NCBI GenBank assembly: GCA_964016885.1
Contig: OZ024758.1
Span: 30,566,001-30,630,000 of the forward strand
Direction: 5' to 3'
Length of the DNA stretch: 64,000 nt
Source: Eledone cirrhosa
Lineage: Eukaryota
A program made the position numbers and the translations under genes. How positions within the stretch are numbered: the first letter of the stretch is position 1; the number at the start of each line of letters is the position of its first letter. Positions 48,663 to 61,195 of this stretch are shown here, piece after piece. Under the pieces are notes generated by a model that worked only from the letters and a program-made list of their open reading frames with translations, made no database searches and was not told the DNA's origin.

Positions 48663-49053
48663 CCGGGAGAGATGACCCCTTAGCCTTTGTCAAGGCAGAA
48701 TTCACTGGGAGAGATGACCCCTTAGCCTTTGTCAAGGCAGAATTCTAGGAGAAGGAAAACTCTGATATAACACCTGCAACTCTGATGGTATCCAATGATG
48801 TTGACTTGTTCTTCTTTTTGGTAAATATCATCTTGGTTAAGAGAGTGGGACTGGCTTTGTGCAGTGCCTTTGCTCACTATAAAAGCTTCACGGCACAGGC
48901 ATTGCTTTATATCTGGAGATCTCTCTGCACTTGTCATCACATGGTACCAGGGGCCCAGCACTATGTGTCAATAATTGTCACAAGTGTAGTGTTTGTACCA
49001 GAGTTTTCAAGTCACTGGCTGGACTAAAACGTCACACTCGTTCAGCGCATCGG
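48663..49053 (+). mobile_element. RTE-derived non-autonomous element, partial, with a ~43-bp 5' duplication
   Basis: Matches ~57011-57360. Confidence 0.85.
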
Positions 49054-49097
49054 TATGCATGTGTATGTATGTATCTATGCATGCATGCATGTATGTA

Positions 49098-49132
<35 letters not shown>

Positions 49133-50062
49133 ATGTATGCATGTATGTAGGTATGTATGTATGCATGCGTGTGTATCTATGTTTGTATGTATGTATGTAT
49201 GTATGTATGTATGTATGTATGCATGTGTGTGTGTGTGTGTATGTGTGTGTGTATGTACGTATGTATGCATGCGTGTGTATCTATGTATGTATGCTTATAC
49301 GCGCGTGTCCTTATCTGTATTTGTGTTCGGTTATGTCAACAAATACTCATCGATAAGTACTAGACTTAATAAACTAATCCTTGTGTATATATTTTCGACT
49401 TGACATTTCATGGACTTTCTCCAGTAAATCCCGGCATTTCCTTCACCACGTCGCATCTTCTAGAAAACTTAGATAACAACTGCACATGCTTTGAGGTCAT
49501 TTTCCCTGCTAAAGCAGGGGTTCGCTATGCATTCCCTTTGACCTACTGTTCTCTTTGAGGCGATGCCTTATAGCCAGATGCCCTACCCGATGCAAATCCT
49601 TTTATTTCAGTCATCCCTTACAACTCTGTATCTGTTCTTAACCGCAAACATACAGAAGAAACCCCAAATATCAGTCCTATTTCGCCATTGGAACAACTCT
49701 ATTATGTTTGATGGAACCCCTTTTAATCTCTTCCTCATCTTATCCCGCTCCAGATGTGTTTATCTATATACCGTATGCAGAATATATGAATGCATTTACC
49801 TTACATTTATTTCTGTTACTTTTGAATTTTATTTTTTATCTTATTCTAAATATTCTATCAGTGCGCATGCGTGTGCGAACGTACGATCTGACAGCACAGC
49901 TTCCACTGTCCTGGGGGTATATGACCGTAGGTGAAAGTTTTTCTGTGTGTCTATTGTCTATTCACATACGTATACTTGACTGTGACCATCGGCTAACTAA
50001 CAGCAGCATTCTATCCATTTGTGTACATATGTATGTGTTGATGTGTCCGCAAATAATTATTA

Positions 50063-50538
50063 CAGCCGTACTAACAGTGAGAAATGAAATTTCGCTTCAT
50101 TTTTTCCATTTATCGTTTTCGGTGCGCCCGGCCGACTAACACACTCGATATGCAAATTAGGCTGCTCAACCGTTAATATGGATAAGGAAAGTATATACTT
50201 TCAGACGTTCAATCATCTGGCAGGAAGGTATACGGTGCTGACGATAGCTAATAAGCTTGAAACTAGTACATAGTTCCTTTGTCAGTGTTGAACAAAAGGG
50301 CAACGATGGTTGCTAAACACTGTACGGCTTAATTCGGGATGTTTGTTTACAAACAAACCGAGGATTATAATAAATGTTGGGTAAATCCATACGTACATAT
50401 ATATATGTGTGCATGTATGTATGTATATATATACATACTACTGTACGTCTGTATACATATAGGTATGTACGTATACATACATATATTTAAGTAACAGCCG
50501 TACTTAGAGTGAGAAATGAAATTTCGCTTCATTTTTTC

Positions 50539-50540
<2 letters not shown>
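50063..50540 (+). mobile_element. Diverged, circularly permuted ~1.1-unit relative of the 2331-3702 repeat; HHR at 50232-50274
   Basis: Retains ATGCAAAT, GAAAGTATATACTTTC and ACGGTG-CTGACGA-TAGCTAATAAGCTT-GAAA-CTAG-TA-CATAGT; terminal redundancy GTGAGAAATGAAATTTCGCTTCATTTTTTCCA. Confidence 0.85.
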
Positions 50541-50578
<38 letters not shown>

Positions 50579-50582
<4 letters not shown>

Positions 50583-50790
50583 GTATAATAAACAATACAA
50601 TATAATTACCTCATTACCAGAGGTTTCCCGAATAAGACGAATACGAAAAAAACGTCCTCATTCGTTCGTCAGACAAGGCAATAGGGATTGCCTTGTCCGA
50701 CGAACGAATGAGGACGTTTTTTTCGTATTCGTCTTATTCGGGAAACCTCTGGTAATGAGGTAATTATATTGTATTGTTTATTATACATTA
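50579..50790. mobile_element. Fold-back (~104-bp arms, 4-nt spacer) with an HHR on each strand; probable inverted PLE pLTR remnant
   Basis: Minus 50605-50682: ATTGCCTTGT-CTGACGA-..-GAAA-CCTCTGG-TA^ATGAGGTAAT; plus 50687-50764 is the same but with CCGACGA. Confidence 0.8.
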
Positions 50791-50864
50791 AATTTTGCTC
50801 TGGTACTTACATAGAGTACTCTTCACTCCTATGACTTTTTCAATTTTCAACGGAAACTTCAATA

Positions 50865-50901
<37 letters not shown>

Positions 50902-50905
<4 letters not shown>

Positions 50906-50987
50906 CGAAGGAAATGTGGTAAGGAACCAGGTGGACCATAATTAGCCGTCGAAACGGCTTGAGCTCAGCCGTCGGGGTCTTACTGGT

Positions 50988-50992
<5 letters not shown>
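50902..50992. mobile_element. Miniature derivative of PLE family 1
   Basis: Left terminus ATAACGAAGG.. fused to the right terminus ..GGGGTCTTACTGGTTTCTA, within (TA)n. Confidence 0.88.
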
Positions 50993-51032
<40 letters not shown>

Positions 51033-51884
51033 GATATGGTAAAGATTTACCATATCGTAAGAGCACCGCTAGATCTCATCAACAGCAGAACAGAATCTGT
51101 GATAAATTGCGGACACAGAATAGAGCAGTCATTCTATAGTTGTCCCCGGTTGATATCTGAACACCATAAACCGGGTCTCTCTGCACCAAACCATAACACA
51201 CCGGAGGGCGGGGTCCATAACTAAACATCTGTACACCAACGTTGCCTCTTAGATCTGGCCTGACTAAGCAGTAGTAAATTGGCACCCATAAAATAGTAGT
51301 GGAAAACAATTATCATATGAACGGATAATAAGTCATTTAGGGACACTTATTCAAACACCGGTCAGAGTTACTCCCCTTGCTCTGTGATGCAAACATGCTT
51401 GAATCGAACATGAACTTCGATGTGGTTATCATCTTAAAACCCCTTGTGTTCTGTACTGAACACTCTCTAGATTTGTATGCCCTTGAGAAGCCCTTTTCGT
51501 ACGTAGGTGCTTTTGTATAAGCATATTCTAACAGTCTGTATTCTCTTTCGTAATTCTTTCATTTGTAACCGCTCTGCTTATATTCTTGTCCACTAAATAT
51601 TAACGCTTCCGATATTTAACCCTGTAGGTTCAAGTATTGAGTACACATGCACCAGCTTATGGCAACTAACTATATGTATCGCTTTAAAACTTCTACTCTT
51701 TCACGATACTAAAATTTTCTATATATACATATATATATACATATATATATATACATATATATATACACACATATATATATACATATATATATACATATAT
51801 ATATACATATATATATATACATATATATATATACATATACATATATGTATACATATATATATATACATATACATATATGTATAC

Positions 51885-51991
<107 letters not shown>

Positions 51992-51992
51992 T

Positions 51993-52028
<36 letters not shown>

Positions 52029-52031
<3 letters not shown>

Positions 52032-52411
52032 TAAAGTTACCCCTTCATCAGTGATCTTCCAACCATCATTGGTATTTCATCGCTTTAAAGACCATATACC
52101 TCCGGTTGGTGCGAGCAACGACTAAAGAAAGTCGTTGGGACACGTAAATAAAGGGGACACGAGAGTGTAAACAAACAAAGATGGTGAAGCAACGAAAAGT
52201 GAGGAAGAAAGAGTCAAGTCCCAAATTTCCATGAATATAAGTTCGGTGAAATCGTGAACGAGAGAGAATAAAGACCATCTATTCATATGTAACCCACCAA
52301 CCGGAGGTATATGGTCTTTAAAGCGATGAAATACCAATGATGGTTGGAAGATCACTGATGAAGGACTAACTGTATTCATATGTAACCCATTAGCAACCAC
52401 CGCTTATTCTC
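52029..52411. repeat. 70-bp inverted repeat (52042-52111 / 52295-52364) inside TA arrays; possible PLE remnant
   Basis: Arms are reverse complements and each contains CTGATGA; no matching GAAA half was found. Confidence 0.6.
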
Positions 52412-52491
<80 letters not shown>

Positions 52492-52510
52492 TATATATAT
52501 ATATATACAC

Positions 52511-52543
<33 letters not shown>

Positions 52544-52558
52544 TATATATATATATAT

Positions 52559-52655
<97 letters not shown>

Positions 52656-52718
52656 TATATATATATATATACACATATATATATATATATATATACACAT
52701 ATATATATATATATATAT

Positions 52719-52757
<39 letters not shown>

Positions 52758-52810
52758 TATATATATATATATACACATATATATATATATATATATACAC
52801 ATATATATAT

Positions 52811-52881
<71 letters not shown>

Positions 52882-53478
52882 TATACATGATGGTAGTATT
52901 GGATGAGTGTTGAAAGTTTCGGTTAGTTTCGACATATATTGGAGAAATAACTCTCACCAAACCTGTTGTATAAATAACCAATGAACGCTCGAGAACTAGC
53001 TGCGATACTACATTTGTTGAAGATTAACCCAGAAAGAAAGTTAATAATATTCTTCATTTAAACACCTTTTCCCTTCTGCTTAATTGGAGGTTCCTCTTTT
53101 TGAAATCTCATCTCCATCTACCTGAGTGTATATGTGTGTTTATGTAAAATGCTTCTATAAGAACACGTTTAGTTTTTCTGCGTCTATTCTTATTTTATGT
53201 TTTCATGCATATATGTATGTAAACGCGTGAGTGTGTGGATAATTCTACGATTTTGTATCATGATATCGCGTCCTGGTGACCACGGACGCATTCATATAAG
53301 TATAATACTTATGTTCACATTGTTGTATATCAGATGACGAGTGTTAGAACATGAAAGCTGATAGTCCTGACCCTGCTGTCATTGTGTATGAGTGGCTATG
53401 CATCTGTTGTTCGTTTGAGTATACGAATGTGTATCTATGTGAGAAGATTTTCTTATAAAACAGCTTAGTTCCGACTGT

Positions 53479-53530
<52 letters not shown>

Positions 53531-53534
<4 letters not shown>

Positions 53535-53675
53535 CGAAGGAAATGTGGTAAGGAACCAGGTGGACCTTAACGCACCAAAGTACTCAATACTTAGGGTAGT
53601 AGAGTGGGTAATAGGAACCAGTAAGACCCCGTCGAAACGGCTTGAGCTCAGCTGTCGGGGTCTTACTGGTTCCTA
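53531..53675. mobile_element. Miniature derivative of PLE family 1
   Basis: Same two termini as 42192-47751 with a different inversion point. Confidence 0.88.
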
Positions 53676-54133
53676 TATATATATATATGTATACAGACGT
53701 GTTGCTATTGACTATCGTTTTATGTGGTCATTGACATACTCCTATTCTCAAGATCGCTCTCTAGCTTAAAGAAATCAATATTCTTATCACTATTATACTC
53801 TCACTGTCACAAATTTCAGACTATTTCAAATTGTCATCAATTCTCTCGTCAATCACGTTTCTCTCTCTGACTACATCCATCTCACACATATACAACAATT
53901 ACTTCTCTCTAATGTCCTGTCATTCACTACAGCGTCTATGAACCTATGATTTAACTATCATGACTAACTTCTTTTCATTTCCCAAAGGATTTTATGTGAA
54001 AATGTCGGAACACTTTTTTTCCCAACGGCATGCGAACATAAGAAGTTTTATATTGCACCGATAGATACAACATTTCACCGACGTAAATCACAACTAGTTT
54101 CTTGAGAAACTGTTTTTTACACACACATACACG

Positions 54134-54166
<33 letters not shown>

Positions 54167-54866
54167 TTACATACATACAAAATGGCGTTTTCTACAAATG
54201 TATTGTTCCTAACATGCTGAGGAGATGTGCCTCACCAGGTTTTTAAAAATCGCTTAAGAAACGCCATATGTTAATATGCTACCCCAACGACACCCCCAGG
54301 AGTTACGGAACCATGCATTTTTAATTTGTAACATCTACACATTACACTAGATATGTATTATGTCAATAGCTATTTAGAATTACGTCTTCTGTCGTGTTTT
54401 ATTTACAAGCATTGATGTGAAAAAGTTTAATCTGAATGTCAATTTCTCTGAGTTCACATGCTTGGAAACCAATAATCAATGGGTCATAGACACACCCATC
54501 CATAGACGACAAAATGATGATAAAGAAAACTTCATTTATATTGCTAATGAAAGTTAAGACTTGCACCAAAAGTCACTTTTCTCTCTTATGTAATTACTAT
54601 TATCAAATCACTATAATTATAGGTTTTTCAATGACCTCGTGGTTCAAAATTTTTTTATTATCAGTGTTGACTGACTTCAAAAACCACGGTGTTAATATTT
54701 GCCTTTCATCATTCTAAAATGTATTAAATAAATACCAGTCCAGTCCAATCCAGTAAGAGACTCTACCACTCGTCCTAAGTTTGCGGTGCTGTGTTTATCT
54801 TAGTCAACACCCAAAAATAATTTCTGACTTCAAAAGCCACGGTGTCAATTGGCTTTTCATTATTCT

Positions 54867-55047
54867 GGATTGGCAGTATCGGTAGAGGTTCGGACGCCAT
54901 GCTTTGACGCATAGAGTTACAGCCCTTGCCATTCTGAGCTCAAATCCCGCTGAGGTTAACTTTGCCTTTCATCCTTACGGGGTCGATAAAATAAAGTACC
55001 AGTAAAGTACTGGGATAATTGCTGGCCTTGTGCCAAAAGTAGAAACA
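54867..55047 (+). mobile_element. Full-length tRNA-derived SINE with target-site duplication
   Basis: ATTATTCT at 54859-54866 and 55048-55055; A/B-box-like head. Confidence 0.9.
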
Positions 55048-56075
55048 ATTATTCTAAACTGTATTAAGTACTAGTCCAGTCCAGTAGGAGACGATTTTAA
55101 AGACGCGTCCAAAGTTTGTGGTGTTGTGTTTATGTTAGAAATAATTTTTGGGTGTTATTTATTCGAGCAACACTATTCCCCTGCTAAATCTGATGTTATT
55201 TTATTTTCTCATTCTCTTCTCTTAATACTTTTTCCTCTCTTTCCCACCGAAAGTCTCAAGCCTCAAGTTACTTTTTATGGAAAGAAATTAACTGGATTTG
55301 CAATTCCATACTAGGTACCATAATTAAACAGCTGCTGCTTTTTCAAAACCAGAAACAGAAGGAAGAATTTAAAGAGCTTTTAATCCGAAGAAGCATCTGA
55401 GCTCATAAAAAAGCAGGCAATTTTAAAACTGACAACACCATTTCTAGACTGTCAGAATTTATGGATTCCCAATTACCATAAAACTTTTATTGCAGACAAT
55501 TTGTCCCAGATTTTTTTTTTTCATTTTTGTTTTCTTTCATATTTTAGTTGCATATTTGGTTTTCTTTCCTCTTTCCATGAACAACTATTATTTCTAGCCA
55601 TTCAATCAATTCTCATTTTTGTTTGTTTTATTAACTGGATTCAAAGAAAGAAATATCAATAATCTGAGGAATTTGATTCCACGAAATTCAGAGAAAAAGA
55701 AATGAAATAAAATTAAGAATAAACGAATAAAACGTAACGGATGAAAATTGAGTTCGTCAAAATTTTAAAATATTTATTTCTTTATTCATCTCCTATAGCG
55801 TTTTCACGTCTGTATTTTTTCTTCTATCCCTTTCGTTCAGGCTTGATAATGTTTCTGCTTATTCAGTTATTCACTGAAATTGTTTGAGTAGGTGTTCATA
55901 ACAAGCTCTTTGTGCTTAACTCCATCAGTTCAGTATTTAAGTTTCAGCTGTGTAGAGAAAATAGAAGGAATCTCTTAAAATAAATAAATAAAATGTAGGC
56001 TGCTCGACTGACGAATTAGAAGTTCAATCCTCGTCACTGATAGATACTATGATGTAACTAATTCATTCATTATAT

Positions 56076-56210
56076 AGTTACGTCCCTTTACGATCTGAGT
56101 TCAAATCCCGCCGAGGTTGACTTTGCCTTTCATCCTTACGGGGTCGATAAAATAAAGTACCAGTAATGCACTGGGTATTTGCTGGCCTTGTGCCTAAAGT
56201 AGAAACAATT
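56076..56210 (+). mobile_element. tRNA-derived SINE, 5'-truncated
   Basis: Matches 34446-34580. Confidence 0.9.
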
Positions 56211-56224
56211 ATATATATATATAT

Positions 56225-56426
56225 ATAACAAAGGAATTGTGGTAAGGAACCAGATGGACCATAACGCACCAGAGTACTCAATACTTCGAGTACTAGAGTG
56301 GCAAATAGGAAAGAGTATGACCCCGACGGCAGAGCTCAAGCCGTTTCGGCAGCTATTTCTGGACTCAGAGTCCAGAAATAGCCGTCGAAACGGCTTGAGC
56401 TCTGCCGTCGGGGTCATACTTTTTCC

Positions 56427-56428
<2 letters not shown>
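56225..56428. mobile_element. Miniature derivative of a diverged PLE family 1 subfamily
   Basis: ATAACAAAGGAATTGTGG.. left end and ..GGGGTCATACTTTTCCTA right end; fold-back centred near 56367. Confidence 0.85.
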
Positions 56429-56457
<29 letters not shown>

Positions 56458-56558
56458 ATGTATGTAACTGTGAGTGTGTGTGTGTGTAACTGTGTGTGTG
56501 TGTAACTATGTGTGTGTGTGTGTATGTATGTAACTATGTGCGTGTGTGTGTATGTAAC

Positions 56559-56593
<35 letters not shown>

Positions 56594-56814
56594 AACTGTG
56601 TGTGTGTATGTAACTATGTGTGTGTGTGTGTATGTAACTATGTGTGTGTGTGTATGTAACTATGTGCGTGTGTGTGTATGTAACTATGTGTGTGTGTGTG
56701 TGTGCGTGTGTGTATGTATGTAACTGTGTGTGTGCGTGTGTGTGTATGTATGTAACTATGTGTGTGTGTGTGTGTAACTATGTGTGTATCTAGATATGTA
56801 TATATCTATATATG

Positions 56815-57423
56815 TCAGGTCACCTTTTGTGCTACTGGTAACATGTATCCCAGTCACAACCTGTCTCATGGTCGGGTCGTTAGCGACTAAACTGGCAACG
56901 CCACCAAGGTTTCTTGGTGAGGAGGGTGACTTTGGACATCCTACAGGACTAAAAACAAAACCTGTCATAGGGCAAAGGAGCTCTTAAGAGTCAATGGCCA
57001 TCCAAAATCACCGGGAGGGATGACCCCTTAGCCTTTGTCAAGGCAGAATTCTAGGAGAAGGAAAACTCTGATATAACACCTGCAACCCTGATGGTATCCA
57101 ATGATGTTGACTTGTTCTTCTTTTTGGTAAATATCATCTTGGTTAAGAGAGTGGGACTGGCTTTGTGCAGTGCCTTTGCTCACTATAAAAGCTTCACGGC
57201 GCAGGCATTGCTTTATATCTGGAGATCTCTCTGTACTTGTCCTCACATGGTACCATGGGCCCAGAACTATGTGTCAATAATTGTTGCAAGTGTAGTGTTT
57301 GTACCAGAGTTTACAAGTCGCTGGCTGGACTAAAAAGTCACACTCGTTCAGCGCATCGGTAGGGGTTCTCCTACATGGATATAAAGTAGTGGCCGTACTC
57401 GAAAACGAGTTGGCAGCCACCAT
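56815..57423 (+). mobile_element. Longest copy of the bipartite RTE-derived non-autonomous element
   Basis: RTE-type 5'UTR motif TCTAGGAGAAGGAAAACTCTGA joined to a 3' end reading KCSVCTRVYKSLAGLKSHTRSAH (RTE C-terminal zinc finger); no APE/RT between them. Confidence 0.7.
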
Positions 57424-57589
57424 ATATCTATATACATCTATATATATGTATCGATAGTCGATAAGATCCCAGACGCTATCCGCTTACCGAGTGGGGTGGA
57501 AGCCGTCAGATGGAAATAATGTTTCCATTAGTCTTTCCAATTGCTAAATACTATCTACCTCTTGCAACACCTGGTAGAAGGAGTAACGT

Positions 57590-57701
57590 GAAATAAATAT
57601 GTTGCTCAAGGACATAATGTCGATAGCTCGGCCCGGGAATCGAACTCACAACATCACGATTGTGAATACAACTCCCTAACCACTAAGCCACGTGCCTTCA
57701 C
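57590..57701 (-). mobile_element. Second tRNA-derived SINE family head
   Basis: Minus strand GTGAAGGCACGTGGCTTAGTGGTTAGG (A box) ..GAGTTCGATTCCCGG (B box); no complete cloverleaf. Confidence 0.75.
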
Positions 57702-57715
57702 ATCATATATCACAA

Positions 57716-58826
57716 CAGTGGTTTTTAACCATTTTCCATAGCGAGACCCCTTGATATTTTGAAATTTCATGCCCCACACACAGGCCTAACATATAAGGCA
57801 TAACAACTTGAATTTTCTGGTCAAATTATTAGCTACTTAGCCTCTACTATTTAATTAATTAACTACTATGATTTATTTAATTAACTACTATGATTTAATT
57901 AAATAAATACTATGTTGAAACAAATGGAAATCTATGAAACACTGAATAATGCGTAAATAAGTAAAATGAAAAAAAGTTGTTTTTCTTGGCCACTGCTCGC
58001 ATCCCTAATAACTGAAACTTGCACTCCTTGAGGGTACCAGCACCCCAAATAACTGAACATTGCATTCCTTGGGGGTACTGGCACCCCAAATAGCTGAACC
58101 TTGCACTCCTTGGGGGTACCAGCACCCCAAATAACTGAACCTTGCATTCCTTGGGGGTACTGGCACCCCAAATAGCTGAACCTTGCACTCCTTGAGGGTA
58201 ACTGAACCTTGCATTCCTTGGGGGTACTGGCATCCCTAATAACTGAACCTTGCACTCCTTGAGGGTACCAGCACCCCACATAACTGAACCTTGCATTCCT
58301 TGGGGGTACTGGCATCCCTAATAACTGAACCTTGCACTCCTTGGGGGTACCAGCACCCCACATAACTGAACCTTGCATTCCTTGGGGGTACTGGCATCCC
58401 AAATAGCTGAACCTTGCACTCCTTGAGGGTACCAGCACCCCAAACAACTGAACCTTGCACTCCTTGGGGGTACTGGCATCCCTAATAACTGAACCCCGCA
58501 CTCCTTGAGGGTACCAGCACCCCACATAACTGAACCTTGCACTCCTTGGGGGTACTGGCATCCCTAATAACTGAACCCCGCACTCCTTGAGGGTACCAGC
58601 ACCCCACATAACTGAACCTTGCACTCCTTGGGGGTACTGGCATCCCTAATAACTGAACCCCGCACTCCTTGAAGGTACCAGCACCCCACATAACTGAACC
58701 TTGCATTCCTTGGGGGTACTGGCATCCCTAATAACTGAACCTTGCACTCCTTGAGGGTACCAGAACCCCAAATAACTGAACCCCGCACTCCTTGGGGGTA
58801 CCGGCACCCCAGCTTAAACACCACTG
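57716..58826. mobile_element. hAT-like MITE containing a 41-bp minisatellite
   Basis: TIRs CAGTGGTTTTTAA / TTAAACACCACTG; flanking 8-mers TATCACAA / TATTAGAA (6/8, decayed TSD). Confidence 0.65.
57999..58810. repeat. 41-bp minisatellite, ~20 units, alternating variants (82-bp dimer)
   Basis: GCATCCCTAATAACTGAACCTTGCACTCCTTGAGGGTACCA / GCACCCCACATAACTGAACCTTGCATTCCTTGGGGGTACTG. Confidence 0.95.
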
Positions 58827-59397
58827 TATTAGAACAACTGAAGACTTGCCAACTGTAACATAGTAATCTATGTTAGAGTTGGTGTGAAAGTAGATGGCAG
58901 CTGTAAGGGAATATATTGATGTGAGGAAGCTTTTAATGTTGTGAGTCACAGTTGAATGTTAATGGCTTTCTAGTTGGTTGTATTCTCTGGAAAGACACAA
59001 TGCAGTTGTTAATAAGAATAGTTGAAATTAATGCATGCAAGATTTCACATCTGTAGCATTACTTCTTCATAGTCAGCCCATGAACTTTTCAGCCGACCCT
59101 CGTATCCGTCGTTTGTTTTCGTACTGTCTTCGATTAAACGGTGGTGGTCATCTAGATTGGATGTTTCTTCTCCCTGGGTCTGATTGACAAGTGTTTGGCT
59201 TTTCTCGACAATATCTCCAGATAAGATCTGATAATTGTTTTCAGCCAACCCTCGTAGTTATCAGTAGACTATTCTTGGTGAGCAAACATAGAGGTTGGTC
59301 ATGTGACTACGTTAGATGATAGGGCAACATGATCAAGAATAACTAAGAGTTAATCAACAATAACAACTTCTAGTCCATCCAGCACATAAACTGTGAT

Positions 59398-59589
59398 AGG
59401 AATATTACTGACGGGAATATTATTGGCGGGAATATTACTGGCGGGAATATTATTGGCGGGAATATTACTGGCGGGAATATTATTGGCGGGAATATTACTG
59501 GCGGGAATATTATTGGCGGGAATATTACTGGCTGGAATATTATTGGCGGGAATATTATTGGCGGGAATACTACTGGCGGGAATATTACT
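59398..59589. repeat. 15-bp minisatellite, ~13 units
   Basis: GGGAATATTA(C/T)TGGC repeated. Confidence 0.95.
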
Positions 59590-59749
59590 CTTTTGACGCA
59601 AGTCCAGGGAAGAATGTCAATTAAATCAACCCCATTACTACACAGATACCTTTGTTTTTAATTCTTACGGAATCGATAAAATAAAGTACCAGTAACACAC
59701 TGGGGTCAATTTAATCGACTTTCCCTCCCCCCAAATTGTTGGCCTCCTT

Positions 59750-61195
59750 CTTCGTCCACTTATTCATGACAGGGTTGTGGGGGCAGTGTGTTCAGACACT
59801 CCTTCCAGCGGTTCCTGTCAGAAGTAACCATCTCCAACTGATCTGGCTGGATCCCTAAACGTGACCAGCCAAGCTCAGGGATGTTATCCAACCATCTTGC
59901 TCGGGGTCTACCTCTGGATCTCCTCCCGTTTGGTTTTACCCATAAAATTTGTCTAGCGATTCTTTCCTGAGACATTCTAGCCACATGTCCATAGTATCAG
60001 AGCTGTGATCTCTCAATTTAGAGAAGTAGCAGCTCTACCTGGAGTGACTCTCTGATCTCCAAGCTACAAATATGTCCAGCGATTCTTTCCTGAGACATTC
60101 TAGCCACATGTCCATAGTATCAGAGCTGTGATCTCTCGATTTAGAGAAGTAGCAGCTCTACCTGGAGTGACTCTCTGATCTCCAAGCTACAAATATGTCC
60201 AGTGATTCTTTTCTGAGACATTCTAGCCACATGTCCATAGTATCAGAGCTGTGATCTCTCAATTTAGAGAAGTAGCAGCTCTACCTGGAGTGACTCTCTG
60301 ATCTCCAAGCTACAAATATGTCCAGCGATTCTTTTCTGAGACATTCTAGCCACATGTCCATAGTATCAGAGCTGTGATCTCTCGATTTAGAGAAGTAGCA
60401 GCTCTACCTGGAGTGACTCTCTGATCTCCAAGCTACAAATATGTCCAGTGATTCTTTTCTGAGACATTCTAGCCACATGTCCATAGTATCAGAGCTGTGA
60501 TCTCTCGATTTAGAGAAGTAGCAGCTCTACCTGGAGTGACTCTCTGATCTCCAAGCTACAAATATGTCCAGTGATTCTTTTCTGAGACATTCTAGCCACA
60601 TGTCCATAGTATCAGAGCTGTGATCTCTCGATTTAGAGAAGTAGCAGCTCTACCTGGAGTGACTCTCTGATCTCCAAGCTACAAATATGTCCAGTGATTC
60701 TTTTCTGAGACATTCTAGCCACATGTCCATAGTATCAGAGCTGTGATCTCTCGATTTAGAGAAGTAGCAGCTCTACCTGGAGTGACTCTCTGATCTCCAA
60801 GCTACAAATATGTCCAGTGATTCTTTTCTGAGACATTCTAGCCACATGTCCATAGTATCAGAGCTGTGATCTCTCGATTTAGAGAAGTAGCAGCTCTACC
60901 TGGAGTGACTCTCTGATCTCCAAGCTACAAATATGTCCAGTGATTCTTTTCTGAGACATTCTAGCCACATGTCCATAGTATCAGAGCTGTGATCTCTCGA
61001 TTTAGAGAAGTAGCAGCTCTACCTGGAGTGACTCTCTGATCTCCAAGCTACAAATATGTCCAGTGATTCTTTTCTGAGACATTCTAGCCACATGTCCATA
61101 GTATCAGAGCTGTGATCTCTCGATTTAGAGAAGTAGCAGCTCTACCTGGAGTGACTCTCTGATCCCCGAGTTACGCACTTTATCGAGTAACGTTG
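59750..61195 (-). mobile_element. 3' fragment of an RTE LINE with internal tandem amplification
   Basis: TLLDKVRNSGIRESLQV..YYGHVARMSQERIARQILWVKPNGRRSRGRPRARWLDNI. Confidence 0.85.
59955..61165. repeat. 123-bp tandem repeat, ~10 units
   Basis: Unit starts at 59955, 60078, 60201 ... 61062. Confidence 0.97.

Noticed and set aside
53325-53375. Hammerhead-like TCAG-ATGACGA-GTGTTAGAACAT-GAAA..TC-CTGA
   Set aside because: C3 replaced by A without a compensating change, and stem III is mispaired; at best a dead relic
57630-57701. Possible tRNA gene on the minus strand
   Set aside because: A and B boxes are present but the acceptor stem does not close, and it continues into a SINE-like body
57999-58810. 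41-bp array as a CRISPR
   Set aside because: Units are contiguous with no unique spacers, no cas genes are present, and the context is eukaryotic
59075-59257. Two mariner-TIR-like words (TACGAGGGT(C/T)GGCTGAAAA on the minus strand)
   Set aside because: Both are in the same orientation with no transposase or matching inverted end, so an element cannot be delimited
59350-59601. IPANN / GILLA pentapeptide-repeat ORFs
   Set aside because: Translation of a 15-bp minisatellite with no flanking coding context
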